Shown here: positions 58,214-64,000 of the stretch, in pieces | Numbering within the stretch: the first letter of the stretch is position 1 | How the letters are laid out: every line of letters begins with the position of its first letter | From: Lentimicrobiaceae bacterium | GTDB taxonomy: Bacteria; Bacteroidota; Bacteroidia; Bacteroidales; UBA4417 | Reading direction: 5' to 3' | DNA: 64,000 nucleotides | Assembly: GCA_041753535.1 (NCBI GenBank) | Contig: JBGSUB010000022.1 | Coordinates: 28,768 to 92,767 of the forward strand | Translations under genes and position numbers: made by a program | Notes under the pieces: generated by a model | Database searches by the model: none | Told to the model about the DNA's origin: nothing | The model's input: the letters and a program-made list of their open reading frames with translations, nothing else

Positions 58214-59041
58214 TTATTCCACCACTTCCACTTTCTCCATCACCCCGCAGGCCCCGAAAAAACCAACGGCTCCTGCGCTCATATTTGTTGGTATATTTGC
58301 GGGTGCGGTATTAAAGTAACCACCTGTCCAGGTAGATTCGAGCAATAATGCGCGCATAAAAGCGGCATGCTCGCTGGTTAATGAATATCTTCTTTGGGTA
58401 AGAATAGTTCCGGCCGGGAAAGTCACATCTTCAAGCTCAGGGGCAAATACTTCGCTTACATCTATAGTAGGCAAGGTAAAATAATAGAGTCTTGCCAGGC
58501 AGGAATCGGCGTTAGCATGCTCATATCCCGGTGCCGAGGACCAGTCGAGCAGTATCTCGTACATGGCGTAGCTAAGCGGATTGTAGTTTGTTGGAATGTT
58601 AGTGATCCGGTAAAAGTTGTCGTCAGTATTTTTCTCATACGTTAAGGGAACAAATTCTGTTTGCAAAACCGGGGGCTCAAGCACAGCTTTTGCTGAATAA
58701 ACCTTATTGCCCGATGTTATTAGTAATGTATACGTCCTGTTGCGAATCCCTGTAAAAAGCGTATCCGAGATATAAGTACCTGATTTTTCTGAATCTTCGT
58801 GAAAACTTAATAACTGCTGTTCGGATGATACCAGGATTGTCGCTCCGCTTACCGGTTGAGGCTTTTCATTGAGTTGTGTCACTGGTTTCGAAAGTGTAAT
58901 GCTTTGATATTTAACCTCATTGGTTATTATCCCGTCAACCACAATAAAGTCGTTATCAGCAGTCTGCAATTCCCAATCCGATTGTTCCTCGCAGGAAGCA
59001 AGCATCAGGCTTAGGAAAAGGTATAATAACAATTTTTTCAT
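58214..59041 (-). CDS. DUF4249 family lipoprotein (partner of the TonB-dependent receptor)
   Basis: Lipobox MLASC. It begins FIVVDGIITNE...ITLSKP, typical of DUF4249. Its start overlaps the stop of the receptor gene by 1 nt (TGATG). Confidence 0.7.
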   Translation of the reverse strand: MKKLLLYLFLSLMLASCEEQSDWELQTADNDFIVVDGIITNEVKYQSITLSKPVTQLNEKPQPVSGATILVSSEQQLLSFHEDSEKSGTYISDTLFTGIRNRTYTLLITSGNKVYSAKAVLEPPVLQTEFVPLTYEKNTDDNFYRITNIPTNYNPLSYAMYEILLDWSSAPGYEHANADSCLARLYYFTLPTIDVSEVFAPELEDVTFPAGTILTQRRYSLTSEHAAFMRALLLESTWTGGYFNTAPANIPTNMSAGAVGFFGACGVMEKVEVVE

Positions 59042-61701
59042 CAGAAACGGAATGTATAGTTCAGCGAAGGAATAGCACCGGCAACAGAAATGGATGTTGG
59101 TATCCGTTCCACTTCTCCTTCGAGATTGGCCGGGACAACAAAATTGCCGTTATCATCCATAATTTTATTGAAGTTCTGCGTAAAGGGATTATGCCTTCCA
59201 TATGCATTATAAACAGTCAGCATAAGATTGTGCTGATACCTTTTTCCCGGCTTGCTCAGGGCAAAGGTTACTGATACATCCAGCCGGTGGTAATCGGGGT
59301 ACCGGTCGTTATGTTTCTTGTCGTACACCGGAACCGATGCGCCATTTACATAATAGAAACCGGTTGGTGATGTAAAAGGGGAACCGGTCAGGTACATCCA
59401 GTGCGATGAAAAATTCCATCGTTTACCGGGGGCATAGCAAAGCGTGATGCCCGTATTATGCGGCCTGTCGTAAGCAGCCGGGAAAGCTTCACCATTATTA
59501 ATTCCGACAATCTGTTTCATCGACCGCGAGTAGGTATAGCTGATCCATCCTGTGAGTTTCCCTTTGCTTTTTCGTAGCATAGTCTCTAATCCATACGACC
59601 AGCCATCACCAAACCTCAGTTCCCCTTCAATAAGCTGGTTGATAAGCAGATTGGCATGATCTTTATACTCAATCTGGTTGTAAAGCCTTTTGTAGTAAGC
59701 TTCCACTGAAACATCAAATTGCTTTTGAAATATTTTGCTGAAAAATCCAAGCGAGAACTGATCGGCTTGCTGAGGTTTTATATTTGGACCGCTAGGAACC
59801 CAAACTTCGAGCGAGGTAAACGGGCTAGTCGAATTGCTCAACATCTGCAGATGCTGCACATTATGATTGTAATTGGCATTAATTGACGCGTTTTCACCAA
59901 TTTTGTATTTCAGGCTAATCCGCGGTTCGAAGTTCAGGAAACTTTCATAAATAGTATTTTCAGCCACCTGAACAGTATCAATAACATTGTAATTGACATC
60001 AAAAAAGTAAACTGAAGTCGGGCCAAGATCGTTCCATTGAGTAAGTCTTATCCCATATCGTACCAGAAACTTCTGCCCGATCTGTTGTTCATTACCCGCG
60101 TAAATGCCGATCTCATTCGATTTGTATGCCGCAGGACTTGCAGGTATTTCTGCATCAGAATAATACATTTTCCCTGGGTTGCTTTCGTGCCTATTAAACT
60201 CAAATCCGGTTTTTATGGTATTTTTTGGATTCAGAAACCATGAGAAATCGGTTTTAAGAGTTGCATTTGTGATGGAAGAAGTCCAGTAATTGCGCAGTTC
60301 TTTGGAAATATCAAGGAAATAATTATAACGGCTGAAATAGGCGGTTGTGTTGGAAAACAGTTTGCTGTTAAATATATGATTCCACCGTAAGGTTCCGGCT
60401 GCATTCTTCCAGCTGATGCCAAATGTGTTTGATTTTGCACTGTTATATCGTTCGAAAACATCATTGCCTGTGAATGTTGTGAGATAAATCCTGTTCTTCT
60501 TGTTCAGTTTGACATTGAGTTTAATATTGAAATCATAAAAGTCGAATGTATAATCGCGATGGTCATCAATGGAACGCTGCAACCAGTTGAGGTTCGATTT
60601 ACGGCCTGAAACGATAAAAGAGCTTTTTTCTTTAATTATTGGACCTTCGAGCGTTAAATCGGATGTATAAATGCCGATATTCCCACTGAAACCGACCTGG
60701 TTCAGGTTTCCTTCTCTTGCGCGCACATCCACAACCGATGATAATCTCCCGCCATAATTGGCCGGGAAATCGCCCTTAAAAACAGTCACATCCTTTATGG
60801 CATCGGGAGCAAGTGCCGAAAAAAAACCAAAAAGATGCGAAGGGTTGTAAATAGGGGTTTCATCAATCAGTAGCAGGTTTTGATCGCTGTTGCCTCCCCG
60901 CACGTAATAAAAAGAGGATCCATCGCCGAATGTAAGGATTCCGGGAACGGTTTGCAGCGATTTGAGCACATCCAGATTTCCGGCAAAACCAGGGATCTGT
61001 TTCAGCACAGCCGGCGAAAGTTTCATTCCCCCGCTTTGATTTATCTGCAAAGCATCACTTTCGGGGCTCGCAGTTATCACTACCGCACTCATCTCGACGG
61101 ATGAGAGTTCAAGATCGAGAGTGGATTCTATGTTTTTAGTCAGATCGATAAGCTGAACAACCGGCGTATAACCTATCATCGAATGGCTGATCCGGTATTG
61201 GCCCTGTGGCATTGATAAGGAATAAAACCCGTAGGCATTGGTAGTAGTCCCCTGTAATGAGGTGAGGTCGTAAACATTGGCACCGATTATGGCTTCGCCG
61301 GTGGCTTTATCACGTATATAGCCGCTGATAGTAAATTTGTTAAGTTGTTTTGGCCGGGAATCGGTTTTTACGGGAATTTCTTTCCCACTTTGCTTTAAAA
61401 TAACCTGTTTTTCACTCAAGGTGTATTCAATTCCGTTTGCAGTAAAAACCTGTTCGAAAATTTTTAATAACGAAGTATTCCGGGCAACTAAAGTGATTTT
61501 TTTATCAATTGGAATAGTCTGCGGATTGAATGAAAAAAGGATATTGCCTTTCTCGCTGATTAGTTTAATTACTTCGCCGAGTGGCTGATTATATACTTCG
61601 AGAGTGATTTTTTTGTTGAGATTTTGGGCAAAGGAAGCAGAGGCTGCCAGCAGTAGAAAGCAGAAAAACAGGATGGAATATGTTTGTTTGTTAAAAACCA
61701 A
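59041..61701 (-). CDS. TonB-dependent receptor with N-terminal STN signalling domain and carboxypeptidase-regulatory-like domain
   Basis: 886 aa. The STN-like segment is ITLEVYNQPLGEVIKLISEKGNILFSF. The CarbopepD_reg-like segment is ISGYIRDKATGEAIIGANVY. A plug and beta-barrel follow, ending in the terminal aromatic YTFRF. The ORF starts at TTG. Confidence 0.85.
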   Translation of the reverse strand: MVFNKQTYSILFFCFLLLAASASFAQNLNKKITLEVYNQPLGEVIKLISEKGNILFSFNPQTIPIDKKITLVARNTSLLKIFEQVFTANGIEYTLSEKQVILKQSGKEIPVKTDSRPKQLNKFTISGYIRDKATGEAIIGANVYDLTSLQGTTTNAYGFYSLSMPQGQYRISHSMIGYTPVVQLIDLTKNIESTLDLELSSVEMSAVVITASPESDALQINQSGGMKLSPAVLKQIPGFAGNLDVLKSLQTVPGILTFGDGSSFYYVRGGNSDQNLLLIDETPIYNPSHLFGFFSALAPDAIKDVTVFKGDFPANYGGRLSSVVDVRAREGNLNQVGFSGNIGIYTSDLTLEGPIIKEKSSFIVSGRKSNLNWLQRSIDDHRDYTFDFYDFNIKLNVKLNKKNRIYLTTFTGNDVFERYNSAKSNTFGISWKNAAGTLRWNHIFNSKLFSNTTAYFSRYNYFLDISKELRNYWTSSITNATLKTDFSWFLNPKNTIKTGFEFNRHESNPGKMYYSDAEIPASPAAYKSNEIGIYAGNEQQIGQKFLVRYGIRLTQWNDLGPTSVYFFDVNYNVIDTVQVAENTIYESFLNFEPRISLKYKIGENASINANYNHNVQHLQMLSNSTSPFTSLEVWVPSGPNIKPQQADQFSLGFFSKIFQKQFDVSVEAYYKRLYNQIEYKDHANLLINQLIEGELRFGDGWSYGLETMLRKSKGKLTGWISYTYSRSMKQIVGINNGEAFPAAYDRPHNTGITLCYAPGKRWNFSSHWMYLTGSPFTSPTGFYYVNGASVPVYDKKHNDRYPDYHRLDVSVTFALSKPGKRYQHNLMLTVYNAYGRHNPFTQNFNKIMDDNGNFVVPANLEGEVERIPTSISVAGAIPSLNYTFRF

Positions 61702-61890
61702 TTAGATACTCAGATTTATAAATTTCGCATGATTCTCTGTGGAATCTTCACGCCTACGAGCCAAAGTTAATGGAAATAATCTCAAAAGAGGGCCCCTGTT
61801 TCCGATCATGATATCAATGCCGGTATTTGGATGACAGAAACCAGATTGAAAATAGCATTCTCAGTTCAGGTTAGCTTATGTTTTGGGGAC

Positions 61891-62901
61891 TCACTGATTT
61901 TTTCTTTCAACTCCAACAAAATATAAATCAAATCCACCCTTACCCCCGGTTCGGTTTGAAGAAAATACCATCATATTTTTGTAATTATCTACTTCCTCTT
62001 CGAAAAGGATAGGCCTGTATTCGTCAAATTCAGTGTTGATTTGTGAACCAAAATTTACCGGACTGCTCCATTTGCCATTTTCAAATATTGAGAAGTATAA
62101 GTCAAAACCACCAAACCCTCCGGGCCTGTTGGAAGTAAAAACTAACATGTTGCCAAAAATATAAGGGCATTTATCATCGTAATCACTAGATAAAACAGAA
62201 TCATTTATTACTTCCTTGTAATTTGTGTCGGATAATACCTGATTCATTTCTTTAGAAGTGGTGTCAATATTTACGTAGTATATGTCATAATTCCCGTTTT
62301 CTCTGTCGGAACAAAAATAAATTTCCGAGAAATCCTGACTAACCGAAGGATATAAATCATTGTATTCAGAATTCAGAAATTTGACCGGAATGCTATCCGA
62401 AAAGGCCGATTTGTCTTTGTTGAAAACATAATTTATATCAAAGTTTCCGCTCAGGTCAGTTGCATACAACAATAGAAAATCATAATAACCAGAATTATAA
62501 TTCAGAATACTCATCAAATAGGGCCCGAATTCATTTCCTGTGGTATTGATTTTATTCAATCCGTTTTGAATAATTCCATATTCAGATGCAAATATCCCCC
62601 AGTTCTCATATTTATTTATTACTTTCAGAACACCGGATGTTTTATCGAAATTGATATTCATAGGCTGGTATATTACATCAAAGTTTCCGCCCTGGCTGTT
62701 CCTGTTGGTTGAAAAACAGAATGGTATTAACCGCCCGAGCGAAGGCGCAGTGGAATTGTAGTCGTCATATTCACTGTTGAAAAGTTCGAGGTTTATGGGG
62801 CTGTCAGGTAAACTCCCCTGTTCATATTTGTATCCGCCATGCCCAATGTATTCGCAGGATAGTAGCGATAATAATACTGCGACTGCTATAATTTTTTTCA
62901 T
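61891..62901 (-). CDS. Lipoprotein with PD40 (TolB-like WD40-like beta-propeller) repeats
   Basis: Lipobox LLSC. Repeats of the form IYFCSDRENGNYDIYYV, LVFTSNRPGGFGGFDLYFS and MVFSSNRTGGKGGFDLYFV. Confidence 0.65.
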   Translation of the reverse strand: MKKIIAVAVLLSLLSCEYIGHGGYKYEQGSLPDSPINLELFNSEYDDYNSTAPSLGRLIPFCFSTNRNSQGGNFDVIYQPMNINFDKTSGVLKVINKYENWGIFASEYGIIQNGLNKINTTGNEFGPYLMSILNYNSGYYDFLLLYATDLSGNFDINYVFNKDKSAFSDSIPVKFLNSEYNDLYPSVSQDFSEIYFCSDRENGNYDIYYVNIDTTSKEMNQVLSDTNYKEVINDSVLSSDYDDKCPYIFGNMLVFTSNRPGGFGGFDLYFSIFENGKWSSPVNFGSQINTEFDEYRPILFEEEVDNYKNMMVFSSNRTGGKGGFDLYFVGVERKNQ

Positions 62902-62974
62902 CCCTCTGTTTGATTATAAAAGAACCCGGAGTTGCTGAAGTCCTGTAATTTATTCAATTCAATTCACCCGTTTT

Positions 62975-63520
62975 TCAAAAACCCATTCCGATTCGTATAG
63001 GAATCAATGATGATTGTTGTGTAAAAAGTATTCCTGATTTCAGGTAGATATTTAGTTTTTCAGTAAGCTTATAGTTAACCCCTGCAGTAAATTCAGCCAT
63101 TGCTGTCCCTATGCCTCCTTCATATTGGTTCCAGATATGGTCGTACCCGATTTTCAGACTCAGCAGCGGGGTAAGTTTTGATTTCAGGGGTAGGTAATCG
63201 ATATCCCCAAATACAGTAATTCCATTTATCCCTTCAAAATTCTTATAGCCTATCCCTACACCTGTAAAGAATCGCTTTTCAAAAAGAGAAATTCCGTTTA
63301 TCAGGTTGATATCAATTCCATCTTGCTCATCATCAAGATAATACCCTTTCCAGTCTGATCCGGGATCTAAGTCATACTGTACCAGTTGATACCGGTATTT
63401 CAGAAAACCGGTTTCAACTTTCCCGCTGTATTTAACCTGGCAATACGAAGTAAAGGAAACAAAAGTCAGGAACAGAAATAATGGAAAACTGATTAGCTGT
63501 AATTTTCTAATTGCAGCCAT
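62975..63520 (-). CDS. Hypothetical outer-membrane beta-barrel-like protein
   Basis: 181 aa with a signal peptide, alternating hydrophobic pattern and a terminal F (RIGMGF). It overlaps the FecR stop by 14 nt. Confidence 0.45.
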   Translation of the reverse strand: MAAIRKLQLISFPLFLFLTFVSFTSYCQVKYSGKVETGFLKYRYQLVQYDLDPGSDWKGYYLDDEQDGIDINLINGISLFEKRFFTGVGIGYKNFEGINGITVFGDIDYLPLKSKLTPLLSLKIGYDHIWNQYEGGIGTAMAEFTAGVNYKLTEKLNIYLKSGILFTQQSSLIPIRIGMGF

Positions 63521-64000
63521 TTCCAGAAATATTGATGTTTTTCCCGTCTATTTTTACCTGGAGGTCAAGTGTTTTTTTCAATACTTCCAGAACCGACTCC
63601 AGCGACTGTTCGTTAAACGAAGCCGTTACCCGGCAATTGGATAACTTCTGATCGGAGAGCATAACCGGCGTTTGGTAAACGTTTTGAAGCGTTTTTATAA
63701 CCTGGCCCAGGGTTTCATTATCAAAAACCAGTACCCGGGTTTTCCACGCCATATAATTGGGATCGGAATTTTCGGTTTTGCGAATAAATCGTTGATCAGC
63801 AATAAGTTCAGCTTTTTCGCCCGGCGAAAGCAACACATTATCTTTAGGCTTTTCCCTATAATAAATGGAAATTTTTCCGCTTGTAAGAACCACTTCCATA
63901 TTTCCGGCAGGTGATTTTGTATTTACATTGAATTCCGTTCCCAATACTTCGACACGGGCATCGCCCGAAGCCACGATAAAAGGCCTTGTTTTATCATGCG
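63507..64000 (-). CDS. FecR family anti-sigma factor / sensor (C-terminal part; the gene continues beyond the right edge)
   Basis: The frame is open to the window edge (...HDKTRPFIVASGDARVEVLGTEFNV), which is the FecR domain. It is followed by a DUF4974-like C-terminus (VLVFDNETLGQVIKTLQNVYQ...). Confidence 0.75.
   Translation of the reverse strand, partial: HDKTRPFIVASGDARVEVLGTEFNVNTKSPAGNMEVVLTSGKISIYYREKPKDNVLLSPGEKAELIADQRFIRKTENSDPNYMAWKTRVLVFDNETLGQVIKTLQNVYQTPVMLSDQKLSNCRVTASFNEQSLESVLEVLKKTLDLQVKIDGKNINISGNGCN

Noticed and set aside
57917-58348. 143-aa ORF (PETFQNPKHF... repeats)
   Set aside because: It is the translation of the tandem repeat array. It is low-complexity and periodic, and it overlaps the 3' end of the DUF4249 gene on the other strand.

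Overview
This 64 kb window looks like a chromosomal segment of a Bacteroidota (Bacteroidales-like) anaerobe. Supporting evidence includes T9SS C-terminal sorting domains, BACON repeats, a FecR / STN-TonB receptor / DUF4249 cluster, and the gene order purN-acpP-fabF-rnc...pyk. Most of the window is ordinary core metabolism: ptb-buk, an acyl-CoA dehydrogenase, purN, acpP, fabF, rnc, pyk, pheS, leuS, tdk, rsmI, two cyclophilins and several peptidases. No rRNA, tRNA, CRISPR array, integrase or transposase gene was recognised.

The main find is a five-gene minus-strand operon at 48922..56623. It consists of an ASK/DUF4071-like Rossmannoid+TPR protein, a TIR protein with three modules, a membrane-anchored STAND NTPase, a DUF4062 protein and another multi-TIR protein. 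It reads as an immune or conflict system, and I cannot match its composition to any named defence system.

Other notable items:
- Four tandem, mosaic FG-GAP/T9SS surface-protein paralogs (1872..8053).
- A 703 bp MITE-like insertion with a 7 bp target-site duplication directly upstream of that array.
- A roughly 98-codon PD-(D/E)xK (DUF559-like) module inserted in frame into leuS.
- A 1585-aa secreted protein with seven BACON repeats.
- A 16-17 nt tandem array (57925..58187).
- Pervasive tiling of intergenic DNA with short shuffled word repeats and palindromic REP-like elements.

All calls come from reading the translations and the DNA by eye. No searches were run.
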